64,000 nucleotides of DNA, from assembly GCA_030704615.1 (NCBI GenBank), contig CM060733.1, positions 27,962,001 through 28,026,000 of the forward strand. Reading direction: 5' to 3'. The DNA is from Takakia lepidozioides (taxonomy: Eukaryota; Plantae; Bryophyta). The notes under the pieces are model-generated. The model made no database searches, had not been told where the DNA came from, and saw only the letters and a program-made list of their open reading frames with translations. Numbering within the stretch: position 1 is the stretch's first letter; every line of letters starts with the position of its first letter. Of this stretch, positions 38,001-49,527 are shown one piece after another. The position numbers were made by a program, and so were the translations under genes.

Positions 38001-38709
38001 ATCGTGAAAAATCGCCTACAAATTCCCTTTGTTGGCTCTCTTGTAGAGAGAGACTATGCATCCTGAAGTCAAGGAAGAAAGTGTGGTCCTTTGACCTTAG
38101 ACCGTGTCAAGGATTGGTGTGTTGTGCTGAAATTGTCGTCGCCTTCTCAGACAGGAAGTTTCAATTGTCGTGAAGGATGGAAGGGCCTCATCAGCTGCCC
38201 CTTCCCCTACATACAAAGGAAACATGCCTTACCTACAACCACCTGTTACAACAAGAGGGAAAACCAACCTCTCCCATGGCCGGAACCCGCTGGACCTCAC
38301 CAAATGAGGCCTATTAACAGTTAGAGGAAACAATTACGTCTTTCAAACTGCTCCTGCTACACAGGCCGCACCCTAGTCACAAGTCTCAACCAGTATTGTG
38401 CAGGTCCGGGTTTTGAAGGCGGGTACCCGGGGGGTTAGGATCCGGGTTACCTGGACCCGCACCCGGACCCGCAACCGTGCTATCACAAAAAACCCGGACC
38501 CTGACCCGGGTTCATTTCTAAACTGAACCCGGAACCGGACCCGCCAACTGGGTCCAGAACCCCTTAAACCCGCTACCCGCGGGCCAATGTAGCGGGTCAG
38601 GCTCCGGGTCTTAATTTTAAATGGGGTATGTGGGGTCCACCTTAGATTTGGTAGGTTTTGTCATATGTGTGGAGGGGACCAGCAGCAATAGGCCGCAGCA
38701 GCCAGCCCC

Positions 38710-38850
38710 ACCACGTTGTAGCCCAGTGGTAATGCCCACATACCACCTCAAAAGCGGTTGTGGGTTCAATCCACGGAGTGGTGTCACAAAGTTGTGCCCT
38801 ATGGGACAATAATTTACACCTCCCAAAGGAGGCGTCATATATTATTATTA
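38710..38850 (+). mobile_element. tRNA-derived SINE, left-arm copy
   Basis: A box tgtagcccagtgg, B box ggttcaatcc, tail ...ggaggcgtcatatattatta; no full cloverleaf. Confidence 0.65.
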
Positions 38851-39767
38851 GGCCAGATCCCACACATCCATGCTATAGTGATCTACGCTTGAGGCATATT
38901 ACTATTCTTAACATGTTTAAAGAATTGATATTGAAAAATAGAAAATGGAACTCAAACTTCTATTTTAATTCTTATTCGTGGTATACATATTCATATTCAT
39001 GATATATTTTGAAGGAATTTCTCTTAGAATAAAATTCATTATTAGGATTTAAAGTTTTTTCCAGCCAAAAATAATTTTATCCCTAATTAATATTATTTTC
39101 TAATTTATTTAATCAATAAATTAAGACCCGGATCCGAACCCGTGAACCCGCTAATATTTCCCAACAACTACCCGGACCCTAACCCGAGTCCGTGTTGACA
39201 AACCCGGACCCGAACCCGGACCCGGATTTTCCAAATTTCAAACACCCGGATCCGGACCCGGACTTGGCTCCGAAAAAAAACCCGCGCCCGGACCCAGGTT
39301 CTGCCTTTTTAAGGAACCCGCCGGGTCCGGGTGCGGTTTTTTTTTCGGAGCCAAGTCCAAGTCCTGATCCGGGTTTTTGAAATTTGGAAAATCCGGGTCC
39401 GGGTTCGGGTCCGGGTTTGTCAACACGGACTCGGGTTAGGGTCCGGGTAGTTGTTGGGAAATATTAGCGGGTTCACGGGTTCGGATCCGGGTCCTAATTT
39501 ATTGATTAAATAAATTATAAAATTTAAGATTAATTAGGGATAAATTTATTTTTGGCTGGAAAAAAATTTAAATCCTAATAATGAATTTTATTTTAAGAGA
39601 CATTCCTTCAAAATATACCATGAATATGAATATGTATACCATGAATAAGAATTAAATTAAGTTTGAGTTCCATTTTCTATTTTTCAATATCAATTCTTTA
39701 AACATGTTAAGAATAGTAATATGCCTCAAGGGTAGATCACTATAGCATGGATGTGTGGGATCTGGCA

Positions 39768-39910
39768 TAATAATAATATATGACATCTCCTTTGGGAGGT
39801 GTAAATTATGGTCCCCCAGGGCACAACTTTGTGACACCACTCCGGGGATTGAACCCACAACCGCTTTTGAGGTGGTATGTGGGCATTACCACTGGGCTAC
39901 AACGTGGTGG
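39768..39910 (-). mobile_element. tRNA-derived SINE, right-arm copy
   Basis: Reverse-complement counterpart of 38710-38850. Confidence 0.65.
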
Positions 39911-41856
39911 GGCTGGCTGCTGCGGCCTATTGCTGCTCGTCCCCTCCACACATATGACAAAACCTACCAGATCTAAGGTGGACCCCCTATGCCCCATCTA
40001 AATTTAAGACCCGGACCCTGACCCCCTACATTGGCCCACGGGTAACGGGTTTAACGGGTTCTGGACCCAGCAGGCGGGGCCGGCTCCGGTTCCGGGTTCA
40101 TTTTAGAAATGAATCCGGGTTAGGGTCCGGTTTTTTGTGATAGCATGGGTCCGGGTGCGGGTAACCCCGATCCTAACCCGCCGGGTACCCGCACAACACT
40201 GGTCTCAACCTCCAGCAGTTGTATAAACTATAAACTTTGCATGCCAAAACACTGTGGGTAGCGGTGGATTGAAATTTTTCGAATTTTCGAATTTTTGGAT
40301 TTTTTTGAAATTTTGTCCAGAATAGTATATAGCACAAAGTATGTATTCTATCCTTTAGAAGATTTTTTGAGATTTTCCAAATTTTCTTATTTTTGGACAA
40401 GCTGAGTATGTAATATTTCTGGATTTTTAGACATATCACTTGAGTTAATTAAAAAATTTCAACAACCCATTAATTTGTCTGACAGCAACGTAGGGTGTTA
40501 CTTACACTCTTTGAGAATCTGTGAGACTTTGGGTATGCTAAGAGTACAAGCAGATGCTTTGATGAGACGAACACATTACAATTGTTAAGATTTGAGTATC
40601 TATACTCTCTACTCCACTCTCTCTGCACCGGCAAAGGATAGAACCCAACATGGCAAGCTGATAGACAACATCACTAACAAGAAACACACCAATATCTCTC
40701 TCACTCTCTTCAAACTTCACTAGTTCTTGACGTTCAGTTCTCTATTCCAGGCCTCCCACAGACACAATAGCCTCAAGGTCATTGGATTTTGTTATCCTTC
40801 TGTTATGGCCATTCGTTTGTCATCTCAGCTACTCCCCTAGGTTATGAGAGAGCCTGTGGACTTGGTAAATTTCTTCCTTATGCGAGGTTCCTTCCTGTGC
40901 GACAAACATGTTCTTGTCTATAAGATTTTTGGTTTTTTTCTGCACATACACACATCAACTTCTAAAGGTGCAACTTGGGGCATCGAACTACCAACATATT
41001 CGCTCCACGAAACTTGTTCAACATTTCATATTGCCTATTTTTGCAGGCAAATATCCACATGCGAAGCAATTGTAAGACTCATGTACCGCCAAGCTCATTT
41101 ACATCTTGTCAAATCATAATGTAATAGAATCATTGCTAGGAGCCCAGCTCCCGGCAAAATTCAGAAATATAAGTTGATCTAGCACCATGGTTTGGATAAC
41201 AGTTTTGATCATCGTAATTTGTCTACGCCTCTATAAATTCTTGCCTAGTACTTTATATGATGGTTGCCTCCATCCTCTTTGAACGAAATTGGGGTCACAG
41301 ATTCATGGCATATCATCTTTTTGGTTGCAGACCTACTATTGCATAGAAGGTCCCTTGTTGGGCGAATAGGCAGTTCCAGGGTCGGGAAACTGCATCTCCA
41401 ACCATGACCAAGATTGGTGTCCAATCAGAACCTTCAATTTGTTCAGATCTATCCACTCCAGTGGAGTGGACAACCTGCAGGAGTTGGACTAAGCGCAAGA
41501 AGGTACGGTGTGAGTAATTCATCTGCCGACGAAGAGACTGTTCCATATATGGAAGGGAAGATTCGGAATACGTTCTACAACCACGTGCAATCACTGACAG
41601 GAGAACAGCGACCGGACTTTGAACAGAACTTCAAGTAATTTCGAAGATAATCAGTCTCATTTCGTGTGTTAAATTGGAATCCAATTGAGTCATTGCAGTG
41701 CCCCTAAAATCGATGGCAAGTGGATCCATTCTAGTAGACCGCATCACAGCTCACCAGTCCATCACTCCCTGGGGGTCTACAAAAAGAAGCACATACAAAT
41801 CTACCCAATCACTGCCTTTCCTGCTTATAGAAAATCGGAAGCAGAAATCCGCACCT

Positions 41857-42192
41857 TTACTCAGCAGGCATGGACCGGATGATATCGGAGTCACCGGGGT
41901 CGGTGATGCTCAAGCAGCAGACGCGGAAATACTTGCCGCACGCGGTTCCCAGATCCACATTGTTACCACTGTAATGGTGCACTCCGGTCTTGGAAAGCAT
42001 GGCGTAGTACTCAATCTCCGATTTCCTCAAAGGTGGACAATTGTTGGCAATAATCACCAGCTTCCCCTTGCCGCCCCTCAGCGACTTGAGAGTGGTGGTG
42101 TAGCCAAGGGTGAACTTCCCCGACTTCACCACCAGCGCCAGCCGGTTGTTGATGCTCTCCTGCGCCTTCTTGGTCTTCTTTGCAGCCACCAT
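41857..42192 (-). CDS. RPL30: 60S ribosomal protein L30 (eL30), intronless, 111 aa; possible retrocopy
   Basis: [31 protein letters not shown]...[56 protein letters not shown]; telo-box AAACCCTA at ~42272-42279. Confidence 0.93.
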   Translation of the reverse strand: MVAAKKTKKAQESINNRLALVVKSGKFTLGYTTTLKSLRGGKGKLVIIANNCPPLRKSEIEYYAMLSKTGVHHYSGNNVDLGTACGKYFRVCCLSITDPGDSDIIRSMPAE

Positions 42193-42721
42193 CTTGCCTT
42201 GCTTTCTCACGCAGCGGCTATGGCGATCCCGAGCTCTGCACGGGCTGCGAGCAACGACGACCCCTGCCCTCTAGGGTTTCCTTCTTACTGTACAAATACC
42301 ACTCACATACGCTATACATACGGTTTCCTCTCTTTCAATACAAAGTTTCAACCGTAGGGCTTCTTTTTTTATGTTTTTATGTTTTGTTTTGTTTGTTTGG
42401 TTTTTTTTTAGTTTAGTTTAGTTTTTAGTTTTTAGTTTTTTTCCCAACAGGGGGATTATATCCCTGTTTAACTTTATTATAAAATACCCTTCAATAATTC
42501 CAAATAAAGCTTCCAGCCTGTTCTCAAAACCGTAAATAATTTAAATTTAAAATTGTTTTTTTTATTTAAAAAAAAAAGGTATGCGAAAAAACCACCTTAC
42601 AAGTTATTCCTATTTATTCGGGGAAAAAAATTAAAACCCCTTTTACGCACACACACCGTATTCAGTGAATAAAGATCTTGACCCCTCCAAAGAGGGAGAT
42701 TCAACCCAGCTGGGTTTGAAC

Positions 42722-43070
42722 CAATGTTGGGCGGTTATTTAAATTTCTTTCTAATACCCGGTGGTCACCTATCCGGTTATATATATATGACCGGCGGAGG
42801 TGAAAAAATGAAGTAACCAGTCCAGTTAGGAACCGACGGAGGTCAGGCATTCAAATAACCCAGCAAAGAACCCTTTAAAGAACCGCCCAATACCCACGGT
42901 TAGTTGATGAAAATCGTCAGTTATTTGAGGTTTTTGCAAGTAGCCGTAACCGCAGGTTATATCTAGCCATAAAAAATTTAGTAACCGCAACCGTAGGTTA
43001 ATAGTCTCCAAAATTTTGAAGCAACCGGAACCGCCGGTTACGAAAAAAATCAAATAACCGCCCAACACTG
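42722..43070. mobile_element. hAT-type MITE, TSD GTTTGAAC
   Basis: TIR caatgttgggcggttattt / aaataaccgcccaacactg; TSD at 42714-42721 and 43071-43078. Confidence 0.92.
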
Positions 43071-43274
43071 GTTTGAACCCTAGTTCTTCCCGTGAACCTG
43101 AACTTGTTATAGACTTAGCTTCCTATGGACCAGAATCCAAGAAACAAGAGTGAATATGTTGACAGGCAAATTAAGGCACTGTGATTATCATAAGGTAGGA
43201 ATTTTGACTAAGTAACCTACCCCCGAGTGTAATGAAGCGGTGAGGCTTTTGTGGAACCCTTAAGATGTTTTTTC

Positions 43275-43512
43275 CAACGTTGGGCAGTTATTTGTTCTTG
43301 TCTCTAATAACAGTTGGTTATCTATCCGGTTATATATATATATATAACCACATGAGATGAAAATTTGAAATAACCGGTCCCGTTAGGAACCGGCAGAATG
43401 TAGGCATACAAATAACCGGTCCCAATAACGGAGGCCAAAATTTTAAAAATTGATGTAGACAATCGGTTGGGTGTTTTTTAAGTCCACGGTTATGAATATA
43501 TATATATATATA
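43275..43512. mobile_element. Left half of a related hAT MITE (right half at ~61590-61799), TSD GTTTTTTC
   Basis: caacgttgggcagttattt terminus follows gttttttc (43267-43274) and breaks at a (TA)n tract. Confidence 0.8.
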
Positions 43513-43859
43513 TTGGGTCTAATAACCTAAGGTTATGAGTGGCGGTTCTCAGGTGTGAGTCCTTGGCTAAATTCATGAATGAGCTTGTCAGGGCTTCATA
43601 TTTAACTTTGAGAATTTTGCCACCCGAAATAAACTGGAAGAGAATTCGAGAGGAGTCCAACGAGGTGACTTTTATTCGTTGTCCCCTTTCGTTTTTCAAA
43701 ATACTGTGGATGATTTTATTCTTTTTGATGCCATCATGCTTTCTTGTTCTTCCATGTTGTAGAACCTTCACTGCCCAGTGGACGTTAACATTGTTGAGGA
43801 GTTGGGGTGCAGACAAACAGACTGCAACCTGCTAACATTCTGTGCACTCAGCAAAGGTG

Positions 43860-44760
43860 CTTCCTGTTTTCCGAAACCTCCACGTTAGGAAATATTTGAT
43901 TCCGTATCGTCTTTCGATTTTTTTAAGGATGCGGATGGCTGGCCCGTGATGAAGTACAAGAAGTCAGCTACTGATTCGGAGTGGCTTTCTACAAACTCCA
44001 GCGTTAAGATGTGGAAGTCCAATCATGATGGGACTCCAAATCTCCCTGAAGGAGACCCAGATGTCATTCCAAGACCGATATGGGGAGTCGGGGACAACTC
44101 CTCAGAAAAACAGTCATTCATAAAAAATGGTATTAAGAAATATAAAGATTTTTGGACCAAAGGAATGTTGCTTGACGATCATTACCGGGGTGTGATGGAA
44201 CAATATGACCAATACTGAGGAAATATTCTCGTCGAACTTGATAAGCCAATGCAGGACATTCCGGATCGTATTCAGCTTCTTGAGGGATTTTGGCCGAAAA
44301 CAAATTGGTCCTCGGAGGGATGGCATCCAGCCACAGATACTGGAAGATATGGAAGATGAGGATGAAGTTCCAGAACCTTGCTGTGGCCCTAGGTGTGAGC
44401 GTCCAAGGATACCCTTGAATCCATTCAAGGATATTGAGCAAGGGTTTTTTGTGCTCGTTCGCCCTCATGACCCAACAACGTGCCCGGTCTGGATGGGAAT
44501 GGCAATTTCAGATGTCATCCGAGAAAGGGAAGATCCTAATTTTAGGAAAGTGAAGGTGGAGTGGTGGAGACCGAAGAAAGGAGATAACCCCTCAGACTTT
44601 GAGAGGTACAGGGATTGTTGGTCAAAGTTTGGGAGTACAACCCGTTGCTCAATGGATCCACGTGAACAATGTCGTGTGGACAATGCCGCCATGAAAAAAT
44701 AGCACCAAGAGAATTACAACGGTGGAAGCAGTGAAGGCGCGCGCGAATTTGGAGGTTGCT
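43860..44760 (+). pseudogene. Degenerate coding remnant, probably the C-terminal part of a DNA-transposon protein
   Basis: FRFF.DADGWPVMKYKKSATDSEWL...PEGDP...IKKYKDFW and FVLVRPHDPTTCPVWMGMAISDV...KVKVEWWRP, with frameshifts and stops. It recalls moss DUF7869-associated proteins (from memory, unverified). Confidence 0.4.
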
Positions 44761-45976
44761 AACTTTCAGCCAGATACCTGAAGGTTTCCTTCTTGCGAAC
44801 CACTTTCCATCCATGGACTAAATGTTGAGGTTATTTCCGGTCTTTCATTTTAAGATATAAAAATTTCTTTACGCTTCTTTCCCTTCGTGTTTGCGTTGGG
44901 TGATCCTTCATATCTTCTTTTTCTGTCGCACTGAACCTTGAGTGGGCAGTGGACGTTCATCTATTTTCTTTCTGCCGTATTGGACTCTGCACTGCTGTAC
45001 ATTCTGTTCGTCTACATATATTCATGATATGGGGATTCTGGCTTACAAAACAGACAATGCACCCCCAAAAACAAAATGCTGGCACAACCCTTGGATTCTT
45101 TATTTTCCAATCCGGTCTAAATATTTTTTTGCAATGTCTCGTTCTAGTGAGTGCGAGTCTTCCATATTTGTTTGTCCATTTATACCTTTACCATCACCTC
45201 TAAATCCTTACCCTTCGTTTTACCCTTCCTTTAACCCTTCCATAGGCTTAAGCTGGACACTTAGTACCCTAAACCATTACTCTTACCATATACCAAAAAC
45301 CTTTGTGTATACTCCCATAAATCCAAACCCTAAACCCTTACCCTGGCCTTAATCTTTACCCTAAGATTAAGCCTGACACTTACTACCTTAAGCCATTACT
45401 CTTACCATATACCAAAAACCAGGTTAGTGTACTACCCTACTTACACTTCAAACCAAGTTATTGTACTACCATGTGTGAGTCTTCTATATTTGTTTGTCCC
45501 TTTGAACTACCCTAAATCCAAACCCTAAATCCTTACCTATTCCAAACCCTAAATCCCCTCAAACATCATTCCAATGGCATTGTCTATGAATATTGTGTTT
45601 GTCAACATGAAGATTCAATCAAAATTACTATCAACTTATATCAAGTATGGTAGAGTACTATGAGTCTATCCCATGTTCGATTCGACACATTTGTTTATCG
45701 TGATTGTAACATAATGTAATATTACATCATTCGACTTCCCAGTCGACGTTCAATGAATTGTTCAGTTACACTGCAACTTCACAAGCACTTCAATGTCAAA
45801 TGGACATCTTATATGTTACATTTTGAAGCAAGTATGACATCACTTGTAATCTCACAAAGTTCAATCACACATTACTATCCAAGATATTATTAATATTTGA
45901 ATTAATTTTAATTCAAATACATATTAAGTTTGGTCCGGATTTAAGCCAAAAGTCCAGAATTAGTTAAAATAGGGTT

Positions 45977-48900
45977 TACAACTCCATTAATGAAACATGA
46001 AAGACTGGATGGATGCGCATACTTCGTGGGAGTTCAAACCGAAAACTGACGGATTTATTTGTCGAATAATTTTGAATGGGCCCAGGCGTTGATAATCCAA
46101 CTTCCTTGATGGTCGCGAGGTTTGTATGTCCTGTCGAAGAAGCCACACACGATCTCCGACCTTGAACTGGGGTTGGAGTTGGCGACGTTGATCTGCATAC
46201 TCTTTGTATCGTTTTTGAGCTTCTGCGAGGTGGAATGTAAGCTCATTGTGAATCGTAGCAAGATGAGTAGCAAGGTTTTCTGCAGCAAGGTTTCCAACAG
46301 TCTTCATGTGGAAAGGGTTTGCTCGAGGATGATGACCATAATTGGAAAAAAATTGAGTTTGATGGGTCGAAGAATGTATAGTGTTGTTGTAGGCAAACTC
46401 AGCCAATTACAGAAGGTCCGTCCAATTATCTTGGTGATAATTTATCATACAACGAAGATACTACTCCAAAATCTGGTTTACACGTTCGGTTTGACCATCA
46501 GTCTGTGGATGATTAGCTGTAGAAAAGTTGATCTTAGTATCCAATATGTGAAATAATCCCTTCCAGAAATTTGATATGAACTGTGGTCATCGATCAGATA
46601 CGATGTTCTTCGGGAGTCTATGAATGCGGTAAATATTATTGAGGAAGAGTCTTGCAGTTTCCTCGCCGGCAACCGTCGGAATGAAATGTGTCATCTTCGT
46701 AAAACGATCTACAATAACAAGGATTGAATCGGTGGTCTTGGAGATTGGAGGGTCCGTAATAAAGTCCATAGACACGGACGACCATGGACCCTTAGGAATG
46801 GGTAATGGTTGAAGAAGGCCGTAAGGTCGATGTCGTGGTCCATTCGCTCTAGCACACGTGTCGCAAGATTTTATAAATTCTTTCACGAGTTTCCACATCT
46901 GCGGCCACCAAATAGTCCCTGGATATCAATTCCATTGTTTTGTTGAAGCCGAATGTCCTGCAGCTTCAGGACATGTTTAAAGAATTTGAAGTCGTGTAGG
47001 TCTTGGAAGTACATAGAGAAGTCCCTTGAAATAAAATAAGTCATCTTTGAACTCGAAGTCATTTGTAACATGTGGGTTGTCTCGAGGTCGATTTAGTTGA
47101 CTTTGTAATGTCGTAGCAAATTGGTTGCTCTTCAGTGCTTCCTAAATCTCCTTTATGATCTCTGCATCGTCATAGGTGGACATGAATAGCATATTCAATT
47201 GGAGATTTGCTGGTTTCAACATAATGGATTTCTGTTGGTCAAAAGCTGCATCCCCTTCATTTGGCGCAAGATACGATCGTCAAGAAAGAGCATCTGGTTT
47301 TCCTTGAAGATGTCCGGGACGGTAGGTAATAACAAAATCAAACCTTGCTAGTGACATACTCCATCTTGTTTGACGTCGATTCAAAACACGAGCACTCATA
47401 AAATACTCGAGGTTTTTGTGATCGGTATAGATAGTGACCTGATGTTGAGCTCCCTCCAATAGATGACGCCACTCCTCAAAAGCATCGACAATTGCTAGAA
47501 GTTCTTTGTTATGGATTTCAGAATTGATCTCCGCAGCGAAAAATTTGCGAAAACCAACAAGGTGAAGTCGGCCATCTGTACCATATTGAGAGAGTACCGC
47601 GCCAAGTGCAAAGTCCGATGCATCTGCTTCCAAAAAGAATGGTTTCGATGGATCTGCATGTACCAGTATTGGAGCCGTTGTCAATACCTGCTTCAGCCTT
47701 TCAAATGTTTGGTCAGCCTTTTCGTCCCATACAAATTTGTCCTTCCCTGTGAGTCATGTCATTGGTGCAGCAAATTTGGAGTAGTTCTGGATGAAGATTC
47801 TATAGAAATTTGCAAATCCTAGAAAACATTGTACAGCTCGGACCGAAGTTGATTTAACCCACTCGATGATGGTTTGTATTTTCTTCTGATCCATAAAGAC
47901 TCCTTCGTCGGAAATAATGTAGCCCAAAAATTCGACTTCAGATTGGTGGAAAATATGTTTTTCCAACTTGGCATATAGTCTTTTTTCCCTCAATTTATCA
48001 AGGACAAGGCGTACATGGCGACCATGTTCTTCTTCATTATGTGAAAATATCAAAATATCGTCCAAATAGATGACTACAAAGTCATCTAAAAATTCTCGAA
48101 AGATGTCATTCATCATATGTTGAAAATTGTTGGAGCATTTGTAAGAACGAAAGGCATAACACTGTATTCGAAACGTCCATACCTTGTGCGAAAGGCAGTC
48201 TTCCATTCGTTTCCTTCTTTTATTCGTACAAGGTTGTGCGCTCCTCTCAAGTCGATCTTTGTCTAAAAATTTGCTCGTCCAAGTTGTTCGAGGAGTCCGG
48301 AAATCAGCAGTAGTGGGTAACGATTTTTTTATAATGACTTTGTTGAGCCCACGATAGTCCATATACATGCGTAACGATCCGTCTTTCTTCTTCACAAATA
48401 AGATAGGTGCTCCCGCGGGTGATTTCGAATGTTGAATGAAATTCTTTGACAAATTTTCATGAATGTATTTGCGTAAAGCAGCCAGCTCCGTCTGAGATAA
48501 ATTGTAGATCGGGCCGAATGGTGGTTGAGCTCTTTCTTGCAACTCAACTGCACAATCATAAGGTTGATGTTCTGGCAACATGTCTGCATTTTTTTTCTTG
48601 AAGACATCATTGAAATCTTGATATTGAGTGGGTAATGTCGAAGTACCTTGGTCTGTTGTGGTTTTGATTGGAGTCGCATAAAGTGCAAATGTCGCGTCTT
48701 TCTTCGTAGCTTTCATAAAGGCTCTAGCTCCAAGAAACAGGGGTTGAATACCTTTGGTACTTTTGCATTTTTGTCTTGCCGAAATTTTTCGTGATCGCCA
48801 GTCGATGTCAGGATTATGAAGTACAAACCAGGGAAGTCCAAGGATCACATGATTCGTTGGAGACTGGATGACATTGAAAACAATCTGTGATGGTTGATTT

Positions 48901-49527
48901 TTAAGCTTCAATTCAAATGGTCGAGTTTCATGGTCAACATTTCCTGATGCTAACGGTCGTCCATCGATGACTCCAACAGGGGCCGAGAATTTCTTTCTTA
49001 CGAGCGTTAAAATGTGTTGTTTCGCAAAGTCTTTGTCAATAAAACACGCTGAAACGTCCGAGTCCAAAAATGCTTCTACGGAGATATCTCGATTTTGTAT
49101 CAAGATCTTTACTGGAACTGTGAAACAAGGTACAGGATCTGGAGGTTTTTTTGGTGAGGAATTTGGGGTGTCCAGCCGCATGGTCCCTACTGTGACTAGA
49201 CATCTTCGTTTTCCGACCTCCTCGTATCAAACACTTGAGTGGTGCCCCGAGCTCTGAATCTTCTCTTGTTGAGGCAGTTTAATGCCATGTGATCTTCTTC
49301 TCCGCAATAAAGGCATAATCCATTCGAGCATCGTCTTTGTTTTTCTTGTGGCGTCAATGGCTTGAATCGGACAGCATCAATCTGCATAGGATCATTACCG
49401 GATGTCTGATGGATCGTTGTATTTGGTGTCGTAGTAGCAGCGGCGTGGTGCGTCGTCGACCATCCAGATTGCTTCTCTTGACGTATTTCGAACAAACGAT
49501 TATCGCATGCAATGACTTGGGTGATGA
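45977..49527 (-). mobile_element. LTR-less internal fragment of the same Tcn1-like family (gag knuckle, protease, RT, RNase H, integrase)
   Basis: Collinear with 18597-20993. It retains CLYCGEEDHMALNC, AFLDSDVSACF and the RT N-half that the first copy lacks. Confidence 0.93.

Larger units (their letters stand above)
38391..40201. mobile_element. hAT-type foldback element (1811 bp, ~900-bp inverted arms), TSD GTCTCAAC
   Basis: Termini CAGTATTGTGC and GCACAACACTG; TSD at 38383-38390 and 40202-40209. The arms are reverse-complementary around ~39296-39322 and carry ACCCG(G) subrepeats. Confidence 0.93.

Noticed and set aside
38710-38790. tRNA gene
   Set aside because: A/B boxes are present but there is no acceptor or anticodon stem; it is repeated with a shared tail, so it is a SINE.
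39192-39426. Pro/Asp-repeat ORFs (NPDPDP)
   Set aside because: Translations of the ACCCGG subrepeats of the foldback element.
41698-42357. 219-aa plus-strand ORF
   Set aside because: Antisense shadow of RPL30.
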